The notes beneath the pieces were generated by a model that did no database searches, was not told the origin of the DNA, and saw nothing but the letters and a program-made list of their open reading frames with translations. From Eledone cirrhosa (lineage: Eukaryota), in contig OZ024741.1 in assembly GCA_964016885.1 (NCBI GenBank), positions 196,664,001-196,728,000 on the forward strand: a stretch of 64,000 nucleotides of DNA, given 5' to 3'. A program made the position numbers and the translations under genes. Positions 24,644 to 36,801 of the stretch are shown in pieces. Numbering within the stretch: position 1 is the first letter of the stretch; the number at the start of each line of letters is the position of its first letter.

Positions 24644-26046
24644 GTCGCCCTTGTTTCTGCTGGACACCACCAGAGGGCGTTAACCCTGGTGTTTTGCATA
24701 ACTACAGCTTTCTAAATGTTTACCTATAAACATACCGTATTTCTTTAGAAATACAAAATTCATATATATATATATTAAACCCATGATAACGTGGAAGATA
24801 GATGGTAAATGATGATGATGATAATATATATCATCATCATCATCATCATCATCATCATCGTTTAACGTCCATGTTCCACGCTTGCATGGGTTTGGATGGG
24901 AGTTTTCCCACTTGAGGCAAGAGTGGTTGTCTTGCTCGCATAGGACTGTCTGGCGGGTTTTCTACAGCTGGATGCCCTTCCTAACACCAACCACATTTAT
25001 ATATATATATATGTGTGTGTATGTGTGTGTCTGTGTATATATAATATATATAATACTCCTCCTAGGTACTTTTGCAGCTACCTATTGTTCACACATACAC
25101 ATTTCTGATATCTATTAATCTTGCTTTAGTTTTGTTAGCAGGACGGCATCTACTGTTGCTGTAGAAGTCCAGATGAGTGCGACTGCTTTAATTGCAGTGA
25201 CCGCATTTGAAGACATTGTCTTTGCTTCTCTTTGCATCTTTTTAAATACATCCTTAGTTCCAGTCCCCAATGGGAAAAATCACTTGCAATGTTCTCCCTT
25301 CTTTCAACATTCACAATCAGTGATTTGAAATAATGATGGTGTTGTCCTTATTGTCAATTGGCAGAGATTAACTAGTTACCCATATATTAGGTTTTTCAGG
25401 ATCCTTCTGTGTGCCTAACATGCAATATATATGGCCAAGCCAGCAGAGATATCATTAATGGGTGTATGTTTAGGGGTCAGAACCTTATTGTTGATGATTC
25501 AGTCAATACACTTGATATTGCGGCTATATCTCTCATTGTGAAAATAAGAGGTTGAGATGCCATTATTGTCTGGAGCAGATAGAGGCTCCAGGTCTCTAGT
25601 GAAACCCAGAAGAAGTAGGATTTATAAACTGCAAGTTAGTATTTGACGTTAGCTTGCTATGCTCCTAAAGTTGCTTTACTTGTCTGGCTAGAGTTAGGGT
25701 GTTGAGGTGTTAAGGACGTTGCTCTTTCCAATATGTCAATAGAACTCAGATTCTAAGGTAAGGTTGCCTGTGATGGTATGAAAATTCATGGAATACGTGC
25801 AGCTTGCAGTTATTGATGGTTTTATACACCTACACCTCACATACATGCAGGCACGCATACACACATGTACATCATTATCATCATCAAATAGCGATGATGA
25901 CTTTTGGGTATAAGGAATATTTAAAGACAGAATGAGATTCACTCCTAATCTCATTTTTACAAACTTTTCTTTTCATTTCAGCATGTTCAACTTTGTCAAG
26001 CTGAAAATCTTTAACATTGCTCCAAATCACATCTCACCAAGACTTT

Positions 26047-26621
26047 TGTAGCATAATCTTTTAGCAGAAAAATAATATTATGCCGTGTCGGCATAATATT
26101 AATAAGAAAAGAATAAAAGTTAATTGAGGAGTTGTTTTGCTAATTGTTATTGCTCAAAATGTAACGTTTGTTAAGTGAGAGAGGCAAAGTTAGCTGTAAA
26201 GTGAATGTTTGTTGAAGTAAAAGTATGTTTGTATTAAAGATGAATGTTAGAAGTAGTTGTGGTTCAGTTGTAGGTTTTGTAGAAAAATATTACAATACTT
26301 TATAATATTTTACAAGTTTTATTTACAAAAGTTAAGCTGGGTTGACATGTCAAACAAAAGAACAAACAAAATTAAAAGTTTTAAGAAGTAAAGAAAGGTC
26401 CTGTGCCGGGCCGAAGGAGGCCGACAGGCCAAAGTGAAAATCTCACCATTACATAATCAGAGTCCAAATCAGCAAGAGACTAGTTTAAACCAAAGAAGCA
26501 TAAAATCTTTGAGCTGGCAGAGGTTGATATATATCCATACGCGGCTTACGATTGGTCTGACTTTAGCCAAATCACACCTGAATAAATTATTGATACATGC
26601 CATGCAAATAGCTCCGCTACA
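26047..26621 (-). mobile_element. Probable solo LTR distantly related to the 12420/14705 LTRs
   Basis: Inverted termini tgtagc/gctaca; shared motifs aatctcaccattacat and gattggtctgactttagccaaatcac; TSD imperfect (cttt/attt). Confidence 0.5.
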
Positions 26622-27518
26622 ATTTAAAACATTTCAAATTTGATTTAAAAGAGTCTATGTATCTTTTCTTTGGCTTACTATTTTATCTCTTTCCCAACAT
26701 AAGCTCACCATAAAATCCATACGGATAAGGTGGCCTGTCCATTGTAATTTATTTCTAATAAGCATGGCTTGGATTGATGTGATCCTAGCTTCAGTGTCAA
26801 GAAAGGGTGAGGAACAGCTTATTCTGAGTCATGGAGGCATTTCTGGTGAAATCTTTCCAGCATTTTTACATGATGCATGTATATTATCCAAGTTTCAGAT
26901 GAATACAGCAGTGCAGAAAGAACAAACAAGACTTATATGTGATGGTCTTTGTATTTGAAGACAGTGTGATTACCAAGTTGAGCTCAGAGCAGAGGGATAG
27001 AAGAAGCTCACTGTTTAATTTGCACTTTCCTTCTCCAAGTTTGTCTATCACACCAGGTTATTTATCCACATCTTTTCCTACTCTTGCATTGAGACTTCTT
27101 GCAATTATCATCTTGTCTTTGTAGAACCTGTAAAGAACCTACCTACCCCTGTAACAGAAAATAATCATCACTATTAGACATGAATGACTAGTCCAGTGCA
27201 AAGCATTCAAATATCTTAGCAACACCAACTCAGATAATGCATGACTAGACCAAGAAATGACATACAGAATGGACAGAGCTAGCTCTGTATTTGACAGGCT
27301 ACAGGAGAGGCTGTGGAAAAATAGGCATGTTTCTATAAAGGTCAAATGGGAGGTATGCAAGGCTATAGTGTTTTCTTCCTTATTGTATGGAGTTGAGATC
27401 TGGACAGTCTATAAAGCTCAAGTACATAAGTTACATAAATATATGATGAAACAGTCGCTGTAAATCATGAATATTACTCTGTAGTCATGATGGTGACACA
27501 ACAAAAATTGCTCAGCTC

Positions 27519-27975
27519 TCACTGTAAAGTGGTTGTGTAGGTGACATGACAAAAAGTACCCAGCCTACACTGTAAAGTGGTCGTGTAGGTGATATGACAA
27601 AAAACACCTAGTACACACTGTGAAGTGGTTATGTAGGTGTCACAACAAAAAATACCCAATACACACTGTGAAGTGGTTGCGTAGGTGTCACAACAAAAAA
27701 CAACCAGTACACACTGTGAAGTGGTTGTGTAGGTGTCACAACAAAAAAACACTCAGTACACACTGTGAAGTTGTGTAGGTGTCACAACAAAAAGCACCCA
27801 GTTCACACTGTAAATGTGGTGTTAGGAAGAGCATCCAGCCGTCGAAACCAAGACAAAATCAGTTCTGTGTGAGCAAAACATGGTCCTCTGACCTGGCCTA
27901 TTTCACAATGGGACAACTCGTCTAACCCATGCTTGCCTGGAAAAATGGACAATTAAACGGTGATGATGATGATGT
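27519..27975 (+). repeat. ~48-bp minisatellite expansion in an RTE/SINE 3' tail
   Basis: Six or more units of cactgtgaagtggttgtgtaggtgtcacaacaaaaaacacccagtaca, followed by RTE tail and (GAT)n. Confidence 0.75.
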
Positions 27976-28534
27976 ATATATATATACAGAGACAGAGACA
28001 GACACAAAGAAAGAGAGCAATAGAGGGGTGGGGGGGGGGGGGGGGTAGACAGGTAGTGATGTAGGTTTGTAGCTAGGTAGATTAGGTAGGTAGACAGATA
28101 GATAGATATATAGATATGGAGAGAAAGAGATGGGAAGGTGAAATAACTAGCAAGATAAATTAGATAAAAATACAGATAAACACATCCAACTGTTTATATA
28201 TATCAGCTGTATATACCTTATTAATGTGATTTGCTTTGCACATCTCTTCATGTGCATTTTTTTTATATATTGTAGTAGCTGCATCAGTGTCATAGATGTA
28301 AAATGCAACAATAACTGCAACAACAAGAAAAAACATCTTCTGCAGATATCCACATACTTCACAGATTATTAATCAATGTGCATCACCTAACACTTGGGTT
28401 AACATCATCTCATGTTATACTATTACTGTTTAGAGTATACCGAGAAATGTTTTTTATTTCATTGGAATTTTGATATATATGTTTATTTTTGTGTTATATA
28501 TATACATACATATATATATATACATATACACACA

Positions 28535-28581
<47 letters not shown>

Positions 28582-29249
28582 TATAAGCTTATAAATCCTC
28601 AAATCATCATCATCACCACCATCACCACCACCACAACCATCATTATCATCAATATCATCCTCCTCACCGCCACCACCACTATTATCATTATCATCATCAT
28701 CATCATCATCATCATCATCTAAAACATGTTACATGATGATACTGATGATTTTTTATTTATAACCTTATAATGAGGAGATAATTGAATAAAAACAGTCACT
28801 CGGCTTAATATTATTCTCTAGTTATATATCATCATTTGACTTTCAATCCCTTTGACTTTTGGAAAGGTAGAGATTGAAATATATGACTTTTGAAAAAGAC
28901 ATTAGTTACATACATATTAATGTATAATTTACATACTCTTACACAAAAGCACTTATATGTTAGACATAAATGTACAGCAACATATGTACACATTCTTATA
29001 TGCAGGTACACATGCGTTAAACATAAATGTACAACAACATATTCACACATACATAGCTAATTCACACTCTCTTGTACATACACAACTACATATGCACACA
29101 TACATACATAATTCACACACTCTTATATACTCACAACTATATATGCACACATACATACATAATTCACACACTCTTGCACACATACATACATAATTCATAC
29201 ACTCTTATACACTTACATATGCACACTTTTATATACACACAACTACATA

Positions 29250-29424
29250 CAGGTAAAATTCTGTTATAATGACTACCATTATAACACATTTTTCAATATA
29301 ACAAAATTTCTTTCAATCCCCGGTCACACGCTCCATGTGTTTCGTTCGATCTCGTTGTAAAGAATTTTTTTTACAACAAATTATTTTTTTTACCCTATGA
29401 ATTTCTTTATAACGGAATTTCACT
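29250..29424. mobile_element. Short Tigger/pogo-like MITE
   Basis: Imperfect TIRs caggtaaaattctgttataa / ttataacggaatttcactg. Confidence 0.45.
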
Positions 29425-29789
29425 GCTTATAAGACATGAATGTACAACTACATATACACACAAGCAAAGAGAAACAATTCACACTCTCTTATAAACACAC
29501 AACTACATAAGCAGACAAACATGTAATTGTAAATAGATAAACAAATTAATGCCCAAGTTAAGAATACATAAATATATGGAGATAGAAACATATTTAACTA
29601 AATGAACTAATAGATAACATCATAAAATAGTTATTGGTACTGAAACGAGGTCTACTTATCAATATGAGATAAATTTATTTGGTACATTGAAATCTCTCTC
29701 TCTCTTACTGTACATATATATATATTTGAAAAAAAAGGGAAGAATGACTTCACTGGTGGTTGATTCAAATCTTTACAATAAGTCTTCTT

Positions 29790-31120
29790 CTTCTTCTCCC
29801 ACTAATTCCTGAGAGGGTTGTGGGGGTAGAGTCCTCAAACACTCCTTACAGCAGGTCCTGTCAGAAGCAACCGTCCCCAACTAATCTGGCTGAATAAGAA
29901 TATACCTCTTGGCAATCTTCCCACAATTTCTCGAATACCTGCCGCAGTGTGGATATCTGGTCGGCTGGGCTGTGTTTGGGGTGAAAACCGCACTGTTCAT
30001 CAGTTAGCTTGGACTCGACAATCTCACTAGATCTCTTTGTCTTAGGCTTTAAAGGGAAGGTTTAACAAGGAGATCCCTCTGTAATTGGAACAAAGTCTCT
30101 TGTCTCCCTTTTTGAAATTGGGATTATCACTCCCTATTGTCATTACTTAGGTGCCTTTCCAGATATCCGGGCCACCCGGCACACATGAGTCAGTCAGAGA
30201 ATACCTTCTCTATTTAAGGCTTTTAACAACTCAGGCTGGATTTCATCTTCCCCAGCAGCCTTCTCACATTTGAGCTCTTTAACTGCTCTTGTGACCTCAG
30301 CCTCTGATAGATTAGTCACCGCTCCCAGATGTACCTCATGTACATCAGAAGATGCTGTTGTGATTGGGTTTAGGAGGTCAGCAAAGTTTTCTCTCTGCCT
30401 CACGAGGATGCACCTCTCTGAAGAGAGAACTCCAGGTGTGTTCCTGATAGCAGGTGTTGAGGAGGACTTCTTATTACGAAGTTGGCAGATGGTCTGTCAG
30501 AACACTTTATTTGTTGATCTGAAGTCAGATTCCAGCTTAACCGCAAAGTCCTCCCATGTCTTAACTTTAGATGCCTTTACTGTCTCTGCTGTGATTCTTT
30601 GTGCCTGCTTGTACCTCAAATGCAAGAAAGAGGATTTATTTCCAAACCAAGCTTTGTAGGCCTCCTTCTTTGCTCAAATAACATCTTTGATCTCTTGATT
30701 GAAGCAAGGGGTCAGTGAGCTATTTGGCACCACACCAAGCTTCTTTTATTTGCAGCATTTAACAGTTGAAGCAGAAACTGTTGTGCTGAACAATCTCCAC
30801 TCTGTCTCAATGCCCTCAGTTTGCTCAGGGAGTATCTGTATACCTGGTCCTGACTTCCTTATTCACCAATACTTCCCTCTTTATCCAGTAGGTGACCCTG
30901 GACCTGCCAGTTTTATGGGTTTCTTTAGCTTTCGTTAGTCTCAAGCTACAGATAACTAGATGGTGATCAGTTGAGAGCTCAGCCCCTCTCTTAACACAAA
31001 CATCCAGCACAATCAAAGAGATCAAAGACAATAACAAAATCCATTATTGATCTCTATCCTTGATACCCCTTATGCCATGTATATTTATGAATGTCTGTGC
31101 TGGAAGAAGGTGTTCATGAT
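29790..31120 (-). pseudogene. Degenerate RTE-type LINE (EN to RT N-terminus)
   Basis: IMNTFFQH, GAELSTDHHLV, KAAGEDEIQPELLK motifs. Confidence 0.7.
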
Positions 31121-31918
31121 ATCAATAAGTCATTATTGATATTAGTTCTGGTAAGTTCTTGTTAATTTCTGTGGTAAACTTTAAGTCCTTAGCTCTCTGG
31201 GGAACTTTCTCACATTCAGTGCAATTTTCAAACTGGTCAGTTGTGTTGTGCTGAAGATGAATACATACATATATATAGAAGAAGATACGGGGTCTAGGAG
31301 TAGAGTGATGTAGGAGTGTATGTACAGATGAAAGGGTGTAACAAAAATAAAAAAATAAAAAAATTAAAATAATAAATTTTTTTGTCATTTTTTTGATGAT
31401 GAGGGAAGTGAAGATAGAATGAGAATGATATTGGGAGTTTTGTTGTGATGGTCAAATAGAAATGATCCAAGTGACATTTTAACCTTTTTGATATTAAATC
31501 CTCCAAGACTGTTCTTTTTTCTACAAATCAAAACTATTTTTAAAGTGTTTATATTCATCTAAACACCTCCTATCATAATCTTAAGAATGAGGAATTTATC
31601 TTACTTAATTCTTGATTATTTTCATAATTATTTGAAAATCATAGGCAATCTCTGTCATTAAAAATATGGTAATGAAAGGGTTAATTAAAAGGAGATTCCT
31701 ATTACAAATATAATGACAAATTCAACTGATGCAGCTCTGTCTATGAATCACTTTGATAGTCATTTTAAAACAGCTTTGGAATTGATTATAAACAAAAGAC
31801 ATTTGAAGAAGTTTAAAGTGACATAGCTTGTATGTCAGATTTATATTTCAAGTTTAATTAAATGAATTTGCAGCTGCAAGATGATGAACTGAATTTTATC
31901 AAAACAAATTCTGTTCTC

Positions 31919-32019
<101 letters not shown>

Positions 32020-32058
32020 TTGTTCTAAATATATATATATATATATATAGACTTGTTC

Positions 32059-35000
32059 TAAACAGAACTACTGTGACAGTAATATCTGCATACGCGCCCC
32101 AATCCGGACTGCCTGGCGCTATAAAAGACAGATTCTATGAGACACTGATACTCACTACCTCCCAAATAACCGACAGTGACTATATAATTATTGCTGGCGA
32201 CCTAAATGGCCACATTGGACAACATTGTGACGGCTATGACGGATCCACGGAGGCTATGGGTTTGGTACTAGAAATGAGGAAGGCTCCAGAATCCTGGAAT
32301 TCTGTGATGCAAATAACCTAACTATCTGTAACACTAACTTTAAAAAACGTGACAATCACCTGATCACCTACAGATCAGGGGAACATACCAGCCAGGTAGA
32401 TTTTATCCTTACCAGAAGACGTGACAGAGTGTCTGTTGTAAACACTAAATCCCTCCCCCATGAAGAATGCATCTCCCAACATAGACTGATAATTAGCGAC
32501 CTCATAGTCAGAACGAGACGTACTCGATAACAGAAGAGGACTATCCTCAGGAGAAAAATATGGACGTTAAAGGACCCCACAGCCAGTAATAAATTTAAAA
32601 GCATATTACTTGATGCTTTCGACAGGAAGGAAGAGCAATTAGAGTCGTACAATATAGAGGAACAGTGGGAATTCCTGAAAGCAAACCTGCTGATGGTGGC
32701 AGACGAAGTCTGTGGCTGGAGCAGGCCTGTAGACAGGAGGAGAGTAACATGGTGGTGGAACAGTAAGGTGAAGGGGTCAATCAAGGCCAAAAAGCAGGCT
32801 TGGAAAGCATGGCGGGATGGGGGAAGTAGAGAAGATTATCAAGTGGCCAGGAGGGAAGCTAGGAGTCAAGTGTACTTCGCAAGAAGGGAAGCAGAGGAAA
32901 GAAACTTCAAGCATGTTCTACAACGCGAGGACCAAAAACGTGAGGTGTTCAGGATTGCTAGGCAATGTGTCAAGGAAAACCGTGATATTGTCGGGGAGAA
33001 GTGTGTACTTAATGATGATGGCGTACTTGCCATCACTGACGCTGATAAGAAGGTAGCTTGGAAGTGTCACCACGAAAGGCTACTAAATGAGGAGAATACA
33101 TGGGAGAAAGACAGTCTCCCCCACATCGACCCAATAGAGGGACCAGCAGTGTTAGTCGAAGGTAGTATAATAAGTAAGGCAATCAAAGATATGAAGACGG
33201 GTAAGGCGGCTGGGCCTTCGGAAATAGTTGCTGAGATGCTGAAAGCCTCTGGAACGGTGGGACACACCTTGGTCACCCGGATAGTAAACCAAGTCATACA
33301 GAATGGGGTTGTTCTGAAGGACTGGCGTAGCAGCCTCATCGTTAACTGTTACAAGGGTAAAGGAGACGCCCTAGATAGGAGTAACTATAGAGGCATTAAA
33401 TTAATTGACCAGGTCATGAAGGTCACGGAAAAAGTAATAGCGCAACTAATCAGAGAGAGAATTGATCTAGATGAAATGCAGTTCGGGTTTGTGTCAGGCA
33501 AAAGTACCACAGACGCTCTTTTCATTGTACGACAACTACAGGAGAAGTACCTAGCTAAAAGTAAACCCCTATACTTAGCTTTCGTCGACTTGGAGAAAGC
33601 CTTTGACAGAGTCCCCCGTTCCATTATCTGGTGGGCTCTTAGAAAACTAGGTGTTGATGAATGGCTTGTGAGAGCTATACAAGCCATGTATAAAGAAACA
33701 GTCAGCAAGGTTAGAATTAACAACGAATATAGTGAAGAGTTTAGCGTAAAAGTTGGTGTTCATCAGGGCTCTGTTCTTAGCCCCCTACTATTTATTATTG
33801 CCCTTCAGGCTATAACAGTGGAGTTCAAGACCAGCTGCCCATGGGAACTCCTATACGCAGATGATCTAACGCTCATAGCTGAATCAATGGCCGAGCTAGA
33901 GAAGAAATTCCAAACATGGAAGCACGGCCTAGAATCAAAAGGCCTTAAAATTAACCTGGCTAAGACTAAAGTTCTAGTTTGTAGGAAGGAAAATAGGGCA
34001 CTGGTCCCATCTGGGAAATGGTCATGCTCAGTGTGTAGGAAAGGAGTAGGCAGAAACTCTATTTTATGTCCCAAATGCAAAGTATGGGTGCATAAAAGAT
34101 GTAGTGGGATCACAGTTAAGCTAACTAAGAATATAGATTTTATATGTGGCCGGTGCTCAGGTGCAATAAGTAGCAGCAAGTGCCCACAGAATACTAGCTC
34201 ATTCCATTGCACAGATGGTTCTATAGAAATAGTGGACACCTTCCATTGCCTGGGTGACAAAATCAGCAGTGGTGGAGGGTGCTCTGAAAGTACAGTAGCT
34301 AGAGTCAGAACGGGATGGAAAAAGTTCAGAGAGCTTATACCACTATTGGCCGCTAAAGGGTTCTCCCTAAAAATGAAAGGCAGGCTGTATGATGCCTGCA
34401 TACGAACAGCAATGTTACATGGCAGTGAGACCTGGGCATTGTGTGCAGAGGATATACGCAGACTAGAGAGGAACGAAGCTTACATGCTCCGCTGGATGTG
34501 TAATAGTAATATACGTGAACGGCAAAGCATAAACGAACTAAGGGAAAAATTAGAAATAAGAGGGATCAGATGTTGTTTACTCGAGAGAAGGCTACGTTGG
34601 TATGGTCACGTGATGCGCATGAAAGACGAGAGCTGTATAACAAAGTGCAGGGCAATAAAGATAGACGGTAGCCACGGAGTAGGCAGACCCAGAAAAACCT
34701 GGGACGACCTGATAAATTCCGACCTCACACACTTACACCTCTCCAAGACAGTGTCACTGGACCGAGATCTTTGGCGGTACTCAGTAATAGAGAAGACCCG
34801 CCTTACCTAAATACAAAGTAAAACCTACTACAGTCAGTAGGCATCTCTAACAAAATACAACCCCGTCCCACCACCCTCCACCCCATCCACACCGCCCCTT
34901 TCAATGTAAAGTTATGTTGGTGCCACAACATCCAGACCGAAACAAATGAGATCGTGTAGGTGTCACGACAAAAAAACACACAGTCCACGCTGTAATGTGG

Positions 35001-35198
35001 CCGTGTAGGCAACACGGTAAAAACCTCCCAGTCCCACACTGTAAATGTGGTTGGTGTTAGGAAGGGCATCCAGCTGTAGAAAACCCGCCAGACAGTCCTA
35101 TGCGAGCAAGACAACCACTCTTGCCTCAAGTGGGAAAACTCCCGTCCAAACCCATGCAAGCGTGGAACATGGGCGTTAAACGATGATGATGATGATGA

Positions 35199-35201
<3 letters not shown>
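32059..35201 (+). mobile_element. 5'-truncated RTE LINE, young copy
   Basis: EN fragment (VISAYAPQ, AGDLNGH), long RT ORF, 3' UTR and (GAT)n tail; inserted in (TA)n. Confidence 0.92.
32693..34810 (+). CDS. RTE ORF2: reverse transcriptase with inserted PHD-type zinc finger
   Basis: NYRGIKL, FVDLEKAFD, GVHQGSVLSP, LYADD; C4-H-C3 motif at 34025-34156; RRLRWYGHV and GRPRKTW C-terminus. Confidence 0.9.
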   Translation: MVADEVCGWSRPVDRRRVTWWWNSKVKGSIKAKKQAWKAWRDGGSREDYQVARREARSQVYFARREAEERNFKHVLQREDQKREVFRIARQCVKENRDIVGEKCVLNDDGVLAITDADKKVAWKCHHERLLNEENTWEKDSLPHIDPIEGPAVLVEGSIISKAIKDMKTGKAAGPSEIVAEMLKASGTVGHTLVTRIVNQVIQNGVVLKDWRSSLIVNCYKGKGDALDRSNYRGIKLIDQVMKVTEKVIAQLIRERIDLDEMQFGFVSGKSTTDALFIVRQLQEKYLAKSKPLYLAFVDLEKAFDRVPRSIIWWALRKLGVDEWLVRAIQAMYKETVSKVRINNEYSEEFSVKVGVHQGSVLSPLLFIIALQAITVEFKTSCPWELLYADDLTLIAESMAELEKKFQTWKHGLESKGLKINLAKTKVLVCRKENRALVPSGKWSCSVCRKGVGRNSILCPKCKVWVHKRCSGITVKLTKNIDFICGRCSGAISSSKCPQNTSSFHCTDGSIEIVDTFHCLGDKISSGGGCSESTVARVRTGWKKFRELIPLLAAKGFSLKMKGRLYDACIRTAMLHGSETWALCAEDIRRLERNEAYMLRWMCNSNIRERQSINELREKLEIRGIRCCLLERRLRWYGHVMRMKDESCITKCRAIKIDGSHGVGRPRKTWDDLINSDLTHLHLSKTVSLDRDLWRYSVIEKTRLT

Positions 35202-35258
<57 letters not shown>

Positions 35259-35551
35259 TATAAAGTATGTCCATAGAATCATTTGATAATATATATACAC
35301 CATTTCCTCTCCCAATTAGCATAATCAACCACACAAAAAAACAATTAAACCAGGCTATAAGATTAAAAGGCACCTATGAAGAAATAGTAGATAAATAAAC
35401 GACAGTAATTTATTCGTGATCAACAGCTATGGAATATTTACCCAACATTTCAATAGCACATGGAAATCGATTAAATATACCGTCAACCATACACAATTAG
35501 GTATAAAATTAAAGTTAGAAGAAAAAATGCATATACACATACCAGAATTAC

Positions 35552-35633
35552 GTTTCTACCCTTTAGGGTTTCGTTCGCTTTCGGAAATATCCTAACAAGG
35601 ATAAATTCTCGAGTTTCGAACTCATCAGGAAAC
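35552..35633 (-). ncRNA. Type I hammerhead ribozyme with extended stem II, canonical core
   Basis: Minus: GTTTC CTGATGA GTTCG [39 nt] CGAAC GAAA CCCT aa AGGG TA GAAAC; all three stems perfectly paired. Confidence 0.85.
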
Positions 35634-36543
35634 AAACTCACTTGTACAAAGATATTTCTTAAATGATCCCTGCCAGAAACGAATTCAAAATGGCTAAGAA
35701 CTGTGACGTGGCAGTGGTCAAGTCAGAAAGAATGTGATTGGTGGCTTACGGCGAGTGAGCTGGTTGCTAGAAAGCGCATGAATGTATATATAGTGTATTT
35801 TGCAATACACTTTATGCTTAATTAAAAGCATTTTGAAGAACTTATGCTATTGTTTTAGAGTAGTGACAGACTCACTTATTTTAATTTCAGCAAACAGGGG
35901 GAGATAAAGCTGACAAGGCCTTGTTTCTGCATTTATTGATGCTTATCAAAGCCAACTACTCCTCCCGTCTGCTGAAATCACGGATGTTATGTTCTTATAG
36001 AATTCTAGTAAATAATCAGGAACTGATTATACAGAGCGGTTGCCGGTCAAGCAGAAATTAAAAATTAGAATTGGTGCTCTGAAATAGCTATATATATATG
36101 AATGTATATATAGTGTATTTTGCAATACACTTTATGCTTAATTAAAAGCATTTAATTTCTGCTTGACCGGCAACCGCTCTGTATAATCAGTTCCTGATTA
36201 TTTACTAGAATTCAATAGATTATTTATCCAACATTTCGACAGCATGTAGAAACTGACTAAATATATCATCAACCATACACATTTAGGTGTAAAATTAAAC
36301 TTAGAAGAAATGTGTACATGGTTGATGATATATTTAGTCAGTTTCTACATGCTGTCGAAATGTTGGATAAATAATCTATTGGGGCCACCGCGAAGAGGCC
36401 ACTTTCAGTTATTTGTCGGAGATTTCTTCATAAGAGCCTTTCTTCTTATAGCTTGGTCTAATTGATTTTTTATATGGTTAATTATGCTAATTAGAAGAGG
36501 AAATAGTATATATTTTATCTAATAATTCTAAGGACATGATTTA

Positions 36544-36578
<35 letters not shown>

Positions 36579-36627
36579 AAGATTGAAGAATAACATGGTC
36601 GGCTGTGCAACAAGGGGCTTTATTTCA

Positions 36628-36740
36628 AGTATTAACAATTGTTTCATTGATCAGGTGAGTCTAGAGGCCGCTAATCACTCGCAGTTGCGTCACTTGACCT
36701 CAAATACAGTGTTTACCTCTGATCAAATCCTCAGAATACT
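36628..36740 (-). ncRNA. Type I hammerhead with long loop II (U/U variant); inverted partner at 38417-38493
   Basis: Minus: AGTATT CTGAGGA t TTGATCA...TGATCAA t GAAA CAATTG TT AATACT. Confidence 0.65.
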
Positions 36741-36801
36741 AGAGAACTCACATATGGCAATGGTATATATAGAGATACAGCGTAGAATCAAAACAATAAC
36801 A

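Noticed and set aside
27519-27830. CRISPR-like periodic repeats
   Set aside because: No unique spacers, no cas genes, eukaryotic context; units derive from the RTE/SINE 3' tail
33067-34401. Antisense ORFs over RTE, Gypsy and PLE coding regions
   Set aside because: Shadow frames of the real transposon ORFs, with no motifs
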